Shown: positions 45,397 to 53,351 of the stretch, one piece after another | How positions within the stretch are numbered: the stretch's first letter is position 1 | How the letters are laid out: every line of letters begins with the position of its first letter | Assembly: GCA_028708805.1 (NCBI GenBank) | Contig: JAQVYC010000001.1 | Location: forward strand, 10,404-63,754 | Reading direction: 5' to 3' | From: Clostridia bacterium | Lineage (GTDB): Bacteria; Bacillota; Clostridia; Christensenellales; UBA1242 | DNA: 53,351 nt | Position numbers and translations under genes: made by a program | Notes under the pieces: model-generated | The model's input: the letters and a program-made list of their open reading frames with translations, nothing else | The model's database searches: none | Told to the model about the DNA's origin: nothing

Positions 45397-45888
45397 TCAA
45401 ATAAAAATTAATGCAAATGCCAAGCCAATTATAATTCCTAATTTCATATATAACGGCACATATTTTTGAGCCTCTTGCTCGGCTTTTAAATAAAATTGTT
45501 TCAACTGCTCTTTCTGCCCTTCTAATTGCTTTATCTGATTTGATACATCTAGTTTCCCTAAACTTGAAAAAAACAAATTTAAAATATTTTTTTCTTCTTC
45601 ATTTAGAATTTTGATATCTTTGAAAAGTATTTCATTTGTTGATTTCAAATCACTATTTAAGACTTCTATATAATTATTTATAACCTTCAACACTTCTTTA
45701 TTGTTTGTAGTGAAATCTTGCATAATAGAAATCAACTTATTTTGTGAGAAATTTATTTCCAAACTTAATTTTTCAAATAATAATTCCAAGTTTCTAAAAA
45801 ATTTTAATCTGTTGCTATAATACAAAGACAAGCCGTAACCAATGTAACCACAAATAAAAACTATTCCCAAAAGAATTATATATCTCAT
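45397..45888 (-). CDS. spoIIIAB: Stage III sporulation protein AB
   Basis: 163 aa with N- and C-terminal TM helices. Follows spoIIIAA directly, with GGAGG upstream. Confidence 0.82.
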   Translation of the reverse strand: MRYIILLGIVFICGYIGYGLSLYYSNRLKFFRNLELLFEKLSLEINFSQNKLISIMQDFTTNNKEVLKVINNYIEVLNSDLKSTNEILFKDIKILNEEEKNILNLFFSSLGKLDVSNQIKQLEGQKEQLKQFYLKAEQEAQKYVPLYMKLGIIIGLAFALIFI

Positions 45889-46794
45889 TTAACCTCCATA
45901 AATTTTCTCAAATTTTTCATTATATACTCCTTCTATCACCCCTGGTTTTTCGGTTTTCTTCAAAACAACATATCTATCAAAAATATTTTCTATTTTTGAA
46001 AAATTTTGTTTGCGTTTTAATTGATAAACAGAATCAGCATGTATTGTTGCAAGAATATTAACTCCGCAATTAGAAGCATATCGTACCGCTTCAAAATCGT
46101 TATCATCCCCCAACTCATCTGTTACAATTAAATGTGGGTTCATAGCCCTTATTCCTTGTAAAAATCCATTTTGTTTATCTGAAAAAGAAAGAACATCGCA
46201 AAACTTTCCAATTTGCAATTTATTTCCTTTGCCAGCAATTTCACCTCTTTCATCAATAATTAAAACATTATAGGCAAGATTTCTCACTGATAGTTGATAC
46301 ACGAAATCTCTTATGAAAGTTGTTTTACCTTGTCCAGGTGGTGAAATGATTAAAATATTTTTAAGACCTTTTTTTTCATAAAGAAAATCAAAAACCCTTA
46401 AACTACAATTTTTCACTTCGTGTGGAATTCTTATGTTAATGCTAGTAAAATTTGTAAGAGTTTTTATTTTAGAATTCTCTATAACAACAGTTCCGCAAAT
46501 GCCTATTCTTTCTCCACCATCTAAAACTAAATAACCTTGTTTCAATTCTTCATTCACAGAATAGACTGAGAACTCACTCGCCTTGAAAATGATATCTTCA
46601 ATCATGCGCTTAGACGCAATAATCCCCCTATCCGCAGAGCTTGTAAGCCCTGTTTCGCTAAGAAAATTAGCTTGTCCTTCAAATATAACAACAATAGGCT
46701 TTCCTTCTCTCAGCCTTATTTCATTAATTTTTAAAAAACCGACTTTAAAAGATAATAACTTAAAAATTTTCTCATCTAAAACTTTATTAAGCAT
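45889..46794 (-). CDS. spoIIIAA: Stage III sporulation protein AA (AAA+ ATPase)
   Basis: Walker A PPGQGKTT and Walker B LIVTDEL; first gene of the operon; GGTGGAG RBS. Confidence 0.92.
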   Translation of the reverse strand: MLNKVLDEKIFKLLSFKVGFLKINEIRLREGKPIVVIFEGQANFLSETGLTSSADRGIIASKRMIEDIIFKASEFSVYSVNEELKQGYLVLDGGERIGICGTVVIENSKIKTLTNFTSINIRIPHEVKNCSLRVFDFLYEKKGLKNILIISPPGQGKTTFIRDFVYQLSVRNLAYNVLIIDERGEIAGKGNKLQIGKFCDVLSFSDKQNGFLQGIRAMNPHLIVTDELGDDNDFEAVRYASNCGVNILATIHADSVYQLKRKQNFSKIENIFDRYVVLKKTEKPGVIEGVYNEKFEKIYGG

Positions 46795-46886
46795 AAAAAA
46801 ACTCCACCATTTTAATGTATGATAGAGTTTATTTTTTTAAAACCTTATTATATGTCTTTATTATCTTTTTTGCTATAAATTTTTAA

Positions 46887-46905
46887 AATTTAACAGAGTT
46901 AAATT
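46887..46905 (-). terminator. Weak AT-rich hairpin after the topoisomerase pair
   Basis: aatttaac (46887-46894) and gttaaatt (46898-46905) form an 8-bp stem, followed on the minus strand by TTTTAAAAATTT. Confidence 0.35.
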
Positions 46906-46913
46906 GTCATAAT

Positions 46914-49400
46914 TTAGATTAATGTATGGATTGCATTAAATTCATTTTTAATTAAATGCTTGCCCTTAGAGTTTCTATTTTCATAATATATTTTATTCGT
47001 TGGTATTACAATTAATTCATTATCGCTTTCAACCACAATATCATTTGGTTCATTGTCATATCTAGCGTAAATGAGAGCATCTGAAGAATTTTTAAAACTC
47101 ATTGTTTTAAAGCCCTTTCTATATCTTTGCATTATCTCATAATTATTTATCGGAACTTTTTTAGCATAGCCACTGTTTGCAACAATTGTAATCCCCCCAC
47201 TATTTTCACATTGTCCAGCAAAAACAACATAATCATCATCACTAAGTTTAATGGATTTAAGCCCAGATAGCATTCTTTTTTGAACTGGGAAATCTTCTGT
47301 TTTAATTCTAATTGAATAAGCTTGCTCAGTTATTAAAATGATATCTCCCTCGTTCACATATTCAGCATTAATTACTTCATCATTCTCTTTAACTGACATT
47401 GTCTTGAAAAATTGTTTGTTTATAGCAAAATCTGCTAGCGGAATTTTTATAATTATACCTTGCTTTGTAAACATAATTATTTTCATTACTTTGCTACCTT
47501 GATTATTTCTATCTGTATTTAAATCATTATTGCTAATTGATAGAATTTTAACAGGTTGTTCATTGAATGCAATTTTGGTATCTAAATCCTGAATTTGTAT
47601 ACCTTTTTTGTTCACTCTTGTATTTGGTAAATCTACGGCATTCATTTTAATGCAATTACCTAAATTTGTAAAAATCAAAATAGTTGTATCGGTAAAGCAA
47701 TTTAGCGAATTTAAAATAATATCATTTGTATTTTTAAAAGTGCCACTTCTTTTTATTTTAACCTTTTCATTTTTTAAAATTTGATTTTTGATTTTTTTGT
47801 CAGCTGTAATTGAAACAATGCACGGTTGTCTAAATATTTCGTTATCAAATTGAATTTTCTTTTCGGGTGATTTAGCTAAAAAAAGTGAGTCACTAATAGC
47901 GATTTCATTTTCAGTTAAAACCTGTGTTTTTCTATTGTTACCAAAACGCTTTTTAATTTCATTTAATTCAGAAATAATTAACTTATATTGCAAATTTTCA
48001 GAATTTAAGATTTCCTGTAAATTTTTTATCAAATCTTTCAAATCTTTATATTCTTGTTCTAATTTTAAAATTTCAAGATTAACAAGTCGAGCCAAGCGGA
48101 TTTCTAAAATTGCCTGAGCTTGTAGTTCAGATAAATTTATTTTTTCCATTATATTTTGCTTTGCTTCGTTTATAGTTTTTGATTTTCTTATTAATGCAAT
48201 AACTAAATCTAATTGATTCACGGCCGCCAAAAGCCCTTCTAAAATATGAGCCCTAGCCAAAGCATTTTTTAAATCGAATTCAGACCTTCTTACTATTATA
48301 GTTTTTTGATAATCCACATAGTATGAAATGATTTCATGTAAGCCCATCTGTTTAGGCTTTCCGCCAGCAATAGCAACCATATTAATATTAAATGATATTT
48401 CCATTTGAGTGTTTCTATAAAGAAAATTTAAAATAGAATTAACATCGCCATCTTTTTTCACCTTGATAACAGCCCGCATACCATTACGGTCAGACTCATC
48501 TAAAATTTCGCCTACATAATAAAGCTCTTCTTTTTTCGACTCTCTTAATTCTGCAATTTTTTGCAACAAGGTAGCTTTATTAACTTGATAAGGCAATTCA
48601 GTTATGACTATATTTTTCTTATCACCATTTTTTTCAATATTTACTTTTGCTCGTAATATAATTTTTCCTTTTCCATTTGTATATGCTTGTTTTAATCCAT
48701 CACCAACAATCATCAATGAACCAGTCGGAAAATCTGGCCCAGGAATATATTTCATAAGTTCGGAAATTGTTATTTTAGGATTTTTAATATAAGCACAAAC
48801 TCCGTCAATTACCTCACTTAAATTATGTGGAGGAATATTTGTTGCAACCCCCACTGCAATTCCCGTTGAGCCATTCACTAATAAATTAGGAAAACGCCCA
48901 GGTAACATATCAGGCTCTTTAAGTGTGTCATCAAAATTTAAACTCCAAGAAACAGTATTTTTATGCAAATCTCTCAGGAGTTCCAAAGATAGCATTGTTA
49001 ATTTAGCTTCTGTATATCTCATAGCAGCTGCGCTATCGCCATCAACTGAACCAAAGTTTCCGTGCCCATCAACTAAAGGTTCACGCAGACTATAATTTTG
49101 AGCCATTCTAACCATAGCATCATAAACAGAGGAATCTCCGTGCGGATGATATTTACCCATACAATCACCCACAATTCGTGCTGATTTACGATATTGTTTT
49201 TCAGGGACTAAGCCCAATTCAAGCATTGAATACAAAATTCTTCTTTGAACAGGTTTCAACCCGTCTTCAACTCGTGGCAAAGCTCTGTCCATAACAACAT
49301 ATTCTGTATATGGAATCATTGAATTATGAATAACTTCACTTAAAGTTCTATCGTAAACTTCACCTTCTATTTGTTCTTTATTAATTTTATTTTTTCCCAC
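46914..49400 (-). CDS. parC: Type IIA topoisomerase subunit A (ParC/GyrA family; topo IV-like, no GyrA box seen)
   Basis: [22 protein letters not shown] with the catalytic Tyr. The C-terminal beta-pinwheel region lacks a QRRGGKG-type GyrA box, and the gene is not near dnaA/dnaN. GTG start with an AGGAG RBS. Confidence 0.75.
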   Translation of the reverse strand: MGKNKINKEQIEGEVYDRTLSEVIHNSMIPYTEYVVMDRALPRVEDGLKPVQRRILYSMLELGLVPEKQYRKSARIVGDCMGKYHPHGDSSVYDAMVRMAQNYSLREPLVDGHGNFGSVDGDSAAAMRYTEAKLTMLSLELLRDLHKNTVSWSLNFDDTLKEPDMLPGRFPNLLVNGSTGIAVGVATNIPPHNLSEVIDGVCAYIKNPKITISELMKYIPGPDFPTGSLMIVGDGLKQAYTNGKGKIILRAKVNIEKNGDKKNIVITELPYQVNKATLLQKIAELRESKKEELYYVGEILDESDRNGMRAVIKVKKDGDVNSILNFLYRNTQMEISFNINMVAIAGGKPKQMGLHEIISYYVDYQKTIIVRRSEFDLKNALARAHILEGLLAAVNQLDLVIALIRKSKTINEAKQNIMEKINLSELQAQAILEIRLARLVNLEILKLEQEYKDLKDLIKNLQEILNSENLQYKLIISELNEIKKRFGNNRKTQVLTENEIAISDSLFLAKSPEKKIQFDNEIFRQPCIVSITADKKIKNQILKNEKVKIKRSGTFKNTNDIILNSLNCFTDTTILIFTNLGNCIKMNAVDLPNTRVNKKGIQIQDLDTKIAFNEQPVKILSISNNDLNTDRNNQGSKVMKIIMFTKQGIIIKIPLADFAINKQFFKTMSVKENDEVINAEYVNEGDIILITEQAYSIRIKTEDFPVQKRMLSGLKSIKLSDDDYVVFAGQCENSGGITIVANSGYAKKVPINNYEIMQRYRKGFKTMSFKNSSDALIYARYDNEPNDIVVESDNELIVIPTNKIYYENRNSKGKHLIKNEFNAIHTLI

Positions 49401-49487
49401 TCTCAGCTCCTGTATAATGTAACTTAGAAATTATTTTCAAATTTAACCGCTTCTACTCTCTATTCTAGAAAATTTAATTTAAATCTT

Positions 49488-51428
49488 TTATAAAATTTCT
49501 TTTAAAAAATTATCTTCTTTATAGAATTTTGCGAATTTTGCAATATATTCTTTCCTGGCATTTATATCATCACCCATTAAAGTGGTAATAATTTTTTCGG
49601 CATCTTCTGCATCTTGAATTTTAACCCTTATAAGATTTCTTTTTTCAGGATCCATTGTTGTATCCCATAATTGTTCAGGATTCATTTCACCTAAACCTTT
49701 ATATCTTTGAATTTGATATCCTTTTCCAATTCTTTTTACTGCTTCTTTAAGTTCATCATCACTATAAACATATTCTTCTTTATTTTGTTTATAAACTTTA
49801 TAAAGTGGAGGCAATCCAATATAAATATGCCCCTCTTTAATTAAATCACACATATATCGGTAAAAGAAAGTTAGTAAAATCGCTCGAATATGCGCTCCGT
49901 CCTGATCAGCATCAGAAAGAATAATAATTTTGTCATACCTTAAATTATTAATATTGAAATCACCGCCAATTCCTGTTTCAATTGCACTAATTATTGTTTT
50001 TATTTCATCATTAGCAAGCACTTGGTCAATTTTTTTCTTTTCGGCATTTAATGGCTTACCTTTCAATGGCAAAATGGCCTGAAATTTTCTATCCCTGCCT
50101 TGCTTTGCACTACCACCAGCACTGTCCCCTTCCACAATAAACAATTCAGAATTATCCGCTTTGCGATTTGAACAACTTGCTAATTTACCAACTAAACTAT
50201 AACTAACAATAGAGTTCTTAGCTCTTGTTAAATCTTTTACTCTTTTTGCGGCCTCTCTAACCTTTGCGGCACTTTTCGCCTTGTTGATAATTTCTTCACC
50301 AATTTTCAAATTGTTATTACCTGAAAAAAATCTATTTAATTCCCCGATAACCAATTTTTCAACAATATTTCTTATTTCAGGATTACCAAGTTTTGTTTTA
50401 GTCTGACCTTCAAATTGTAAATTGTTTGCTTTAATTGATAAAATTGCAGAAAAGCCTTCTTTGTAATCATCAGCGACAAAATTACTTTCCTTTTCTTTTA
50501 TTAATTTATGCTTTCTAGCATATTCGTTCATAAACTTAATGAATCCGTTTTTGAAGCCATTATTATGCGTTCCACCCTCATTTGTTGGAATGTTATTAGC
50601 ATAAGACAAAATATTTTCCGTATAGTTGTTTATATGCAGGATTGCAATCTCCATTTCAAAACCATCGCTCTCCGCTTTTAATTCAATAGGTTTATTATAA
50701 AGTTTGGTTTTTCCTTCATTAATATATAGAATGAAATCTGACAAACCGCCATGATAACAATAATCATATGTTTTTGAATGAATTTTATCTTTTAATTTTA
50801 ATGAGATGCCTCTATTTAAAAAAGCCAGCTCTTTTAATCTTTCATTAATTAAATCAACATCAAAGTTTAAATTTTTAAAAACTCTTTCATCTGGTTTGAA
50901 TTGTATCAAAGTGCCCGAAGTTCTAGATTCTCCTAACTCTTTTAATGGACTTACTGGAACACCACACTTTATTTTTTTTCTATTATTCGCAATGCTTTTA
51001 AATTCCATATAATATTTTTTGCCATCACGATTAACGGTAACATTTAGCCATTCTGATAATGCATTCGTAACAGCCGCACCAACTCCATGCAATCCCCCCG
51101 AATAACCATAACTATTATTATTAAACTTTCCGCCAGCATGCAGTTGTGTAAAAACAACTTCCACACCAGATTTTTTTTGCGTTGGATGCATATCAACTGG
51201 AATTCCACGACCATTATCTTCAATGCTAATTGACCCGTCTTTTTCCAATGTTATAATAATTCTATTACCAAAGCCATTGGAAACTTCATCAATAGCATTA
51301 TCCACAATCTCCCATAAAATATGATGAAGCCCCTTAATTCCAGTTGTGCCAATATACATTCCGGGGCGTAAGCGAACCGCATCCAACCCTTCTAGTACCA
51401 AAATATCCTTAGACTCATATTTACTCAT
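49488..51428 (-). CDS. parE: Type IIA topoisomerase subunit B (ParE/GyrB family)
   Basis: GHKL ATPase (LEGLDAVRLRPGMYIG, EIVDNAIDE, GLHGVG) and Toprim (EGDSAGG, PLKGK). The ATG at 51428 is preferred to the TTG at 51449. Confidence 0.78.
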   Translation of the reverse strand: MSKYESKDILVLEGLDAVRLRPGMYIGTTGIKGLHHILWEIVDNAIDEVSNGFGNRIIITLEKDGSISIEDNGRGIPVDMHPTQKKSGVEVVFTQLHAGGKFNNNSYGYSGGLHGVGAAVTNALSEWLNVTVNRDGKKYYMEFKSIANNRKKIKCGVPVSPLKELGESRTSGTLIQFKPDERVFKNLNFDVDLINERLKELAFLNRGISLKLKDKIHSKTYDYCYHGGLSDFILYINEGKTKLYNKPIELKAESDGFEMEIAILHINNYTENILSYANNIPTNEGGTHNNGFKNGFIKFMNEYARKHKLIKEKESNFVADDYKEGFSAILSIKANNLQFEGQTKTKLGNPEIRNIVEKLVIGELNRFFSGNNNLKIGEEIINKAKSAAKVREAAKRVKDLTRAKNSIVSYSLVGKLASCSNRKADNSELFIVEGDSAGGSAKQGRDRKFQAILPLKGKPLNAEKKKIDQVLANDEIKTIISAIETGIGGDFNINNLRYDKIIILSDADQDGAHIRAILLTFFYRYMCDLIKEGHIYIGLPPLYKVYKQNKEEYVYSDDELKEAVKRIGKGYQIQRYKGLGEMNPEQLWDTTMDPEKRNLIRVKIQDAEDAEKIITTLMGDDINARKEYIAKFAKFYKEDNFLKEIL

Positions 51429-51484
51429 AAACTTATTCTTCTCCTGCAAAATTAAATTAGTGTAATTAAAAATTTAGAATAGCA

Positions 51485-52084
51485 TTAATTTAAAAAATTA
51501 TTTATAGCATTAAAAATTGTTTCTTTGCTTTTTAAATTTTCATTAAAATTCCTAACTGAAAATGGAATTATATCTTGTAGCCCTACAGCTAAGGAATTAG
51601 CAAGTATTTGGCAATAGTTTTTTACTTTACTTTTGGCAATTTTGTCACATTTAGTAGCTATTATCTTGAATGATTTATTATGATAAAATAAATATTTTTG
51701 CATAATCAAATCCAATTCAGACGGCTTGTGTCTAATGTCTATAAGTAAAAAAACTAACTTTAAATTTTTAGACAAACTTAAATAGTCTTCCAAAAAAACT
51801 GACCAATTCTGTTGATGCGATTTCCCTGTTTTAGAATAACCGTAGCCCGGCAAATCAACAAAATAAAATCTGTTATTTATAAGAAAATAATTTATCATTT
51901 TAGTAAGACCTGGCGTTGAGGATGTTCTGGCAAGTTTTTTAGAATTTGTTAAAGAATTTATTAAACTACTTTTGCCGACATTACTTTTTCCCACAAAAGC
52001 AAATTCAGGCAAATCTGACAAAAACTGATTTTTTGAAGTTGCACTGGTTTTATAAACTGCTGAAACAATATTTAAATTATTCAT
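51485..52084 (-). CDS. engB: Ribosome biogenesis GTPase EngB (YsxC/YihA)
   Basis: FVGKSNVGKSSLINSL, DLPGYGY, ATKCDK. The N-terminus aligns with B. subtilis YsxC only from the ATG at 52084; the track start at 52144 is a GTG lying upstream of the predicted promoter. Confidence 0.9.
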   Translation of the reverse strand: MNNLNIVSAVYKTSATSKNQFLSDLPEFAFVGKSNVGKSSLINSLTNSKKLARTSSTPGLTKMINYFLINNRFYFVDLPGYGYSKTGKSHQQNWSVFLEDYLSLSKNLKLVFLLIDIRHKPSELDLIMQKYLFYHNKSFKIIATKCDKIAKSKVKNYCQILANSLAVGLQDIIPFSVRNFNENLKSKETIFNAINNFLN

Positions 52085-52090
52085 ATAAAA

Positions 52091-52119
52091 ATTATAACAA
52101 ACAAAGTAGCTTTTTTCAA
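52091..52119 (-). promoter_or_regulatory. Strong SigA-type promoter abutting the engB start codon
   Basis: Minus strand reads TTGAAA (52119-52114), 17-nt spacer, TGtTATAAT (-10 at 52096-52091), with only 6 nt before the ATG at 52084. Confidence 0.6.
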
Positions 52120-52267
52120 CTATTTTAAACAAATATGACATCACTTACAAAGCTTATTATGCATAATAACTATTTTTTAAATAATCAAAAAAAAATAAGC
52201 CCGAATAATAGACTCATTTTTTTAATTCTAATTAATGTTAAATTAACAATTATAGATTAATATAATT

Positions 52268-52828
52268 TTATTTTACTCTTTCAATATATGTACCATCTCT
52301 AGTATCAACTTTAATTTTATCTCCCTGATTTACGAAAAGTGGGACATTAATTTTAAACCCTGTTTCCAAAGTTGCTGGCTTAAAGCTTGCCTTAGCCGTA
52401 TCTCCTTGAAGCCCTAAATCACATTTTGTTATTGTCAACTCAACAAATAAAGGTGGCTCTACAGAAATTGGATTGTTTTTATAAAATTGAATATTAGCCA
52501 TCATATTTTCAGTTATGAAATTTAAAACATATTCAACTTGCGACTTATTTAAGGGTATTTGTTCATAAGTTTCCAAATCCATAAAATAATATAAATTATC
52601 GTCATTATATAAATATTGCATTTCTTTTTTTTCAATTTCAGCAATATTAAATTTTTCAGTAGGACTAAATGTTTTTTCTAAAGTTTGACCTGTCATTATA
52701 TTTTTAAGTTTTGTTCTAACAAATGGTGAACCTCTACCTGGCTGAACGTGTAAAAAATCAACAACCAAATAAACCGACCCTTCCATTTCAAAAGTATGCC
52801 CTTTTCTAAAACTTCCCGCCGCTAACAT
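52268..52828 (-). CDS. efp: Elongation factor P
   Basis: Canonical EF-P along its full length; AAGGGGG RBS. The loop reads [15 protein letters not shown], with Arg where Lys32/34 normally sits. Confidence 0.96.
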   Translation of the reverse strand: MLAAGSFRKGHTFEMEGSVYLVVDFLHVQPGRGSPFVRTKLKNIMTGQTLEKTFSPTEKFNIAEIEKKEMQYLYNDDNLYYFMDLETYEQIPLNKSQVEYVLNFITENMMANIQFYKNNPISVEPPLFVELTITKCDLGLQGDTAKASFKPATLETGFKINVPLFVNQGDKIKVDTRDGTYIERVK

Positions 52829-52881
52829 AGTAATTCCCCCTTTAAATTTCCCGTTCTCTGTTTAATAATTATTGCCTTTAA

Positions 52882-53351
52882 TCATAACATTTTCTTTGTG
52901 TTTTGTAAAGTTTTTTTACAATCATTATAAATTTTTTGGTATGTTAAAGCATCTTCCGCCATATAATCTTTTGATTCGCAAATTATTGTCGGAGTTAAGT
53001 TATATTCACAAATTAGTTCCGATAAAGGCTCAAAATCAGGTCCATAAGATGTATCATTATAATTTAAATGCCGAACTTCGCCTTTTTCACTGTATTGAAT
53101 TTTTGAAAAATGAATATGGCTGTTTTTTGTTCTGAATTCCCCCAATTTTTCAAATGAATACTCAAAAATTTTCTTATAATCCTCTTTACTTTTTAAACCG
53201 CCCGCCATTACACTATTTATATGTCCAAAATCAAAGGTTGGCATTAAAATTTTATCTTTTGTACATAAATCTATAACTTCTTTATATGTTCCAATTTGCG
53301 AGTGCTTTCCCATTGTTTCAGGACATAAATAAAAACTTTGCATACCTCTTG
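52882..53351 (-). CDS. nfo: Endonuclease IV-like AP endonuclease family 2 (TIM-barrel) protein; C-terminal part only, N-terminus lies beyond the right edge
   Basis: CPETMGK...IG, FDFGH and HIHFS metal-ligand-like motifs. The frame stays open upstream of the Met at 53343 to the window end, and there is no usable RBS before that Met. Confidence 0.65.
   Translation of the reverse strand, partial: RGMQSFYLCPETMGKHSQIGTYKEVIDLCTKDKILMPTFDFGHINSVMAGGLKSKEDYKKIFEYSFEKLGEFRTKNSHIHFSKIQYSEKGEVRHLNYNDTSYGPDFEPLSELICEYNLTPTIICESKDYMAEDALTYQKIYNDCKKTLQNTKKML

Noticed and set aside
46814-46821. Perfect sigma-E -10 motif CATACATT (minus strand) upstream of spoIIIAA
   Set aside because: It ends only 5 nt before the GGTGGAG RBS, so the transcript would start within or after the RBS. 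No matching -35 (ATATT-type) lies at the right spacing. A second weaker CATATAAT lies further upstream, so the promoter remains unassigned.

Overview
Very AT-rich (roughly three quarters A+T by eye) chromosomal DNA from an endospore-forming Firmicute with Clostridia/Bacillus-like gene order. Two co-directional gene blocks converge at about 27.7-27.85 kb. The plus-strand block holds spoVAC-spoVAD-spoVAE, yunB, ftsK, rimO-pgsA-recA, miaB-mutS-mutL-miaA, lexA, serS, an orphan gene and a membrane-anchored PadR-like gene; a class A PBP and a Xer-type recombinase interrupt it on the minus strand. The minus-strand block holds an endonuclease IV-like fragment, efp, engB, a parE/parC-like topoisomerase pair, spoIIIAA-AH, asp23-nusB-xseA-xseB, a membrane protein, argR-recN, rplM-rpsI, ruvX-DUF1292, yqfC-yqfD, ybeY, era, a small ORF, recO and rny. 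I recognised no rRNA, tRNA, CRISPR array, transposase, phage gene or known defence system. The most unusual item is missing from the supplied ORF track: a 998-codon stop-free minus-strand frame (2..2995) that runs off the left edge. It encodes a lipobox-bearing protein with Gly/Tyr repeats, a Cys-rich zone and more than 500 Asn-dominated repeat residues, and is transcribed divergently from spoVA. Other points worth a second look: a PadR-type wHTH fused to a long linker and four C-terminal TM helices; an orphan gene after serS followed by 540 bp of non-coding DNA with a 13-bp perfect inverted repeat; a 57/58-bp tandem duplication of the rpsI 3' end that gives S9 a non-canonical C-terminus; MiaB with no TRAM domain and RimO with an interrupted one; EF-P with Arg at the normally modified Lys position; a leaderless-looking engB; and a structured leader upstream of rplM. 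All family assignments come from motif recognition by eye, with no database search.
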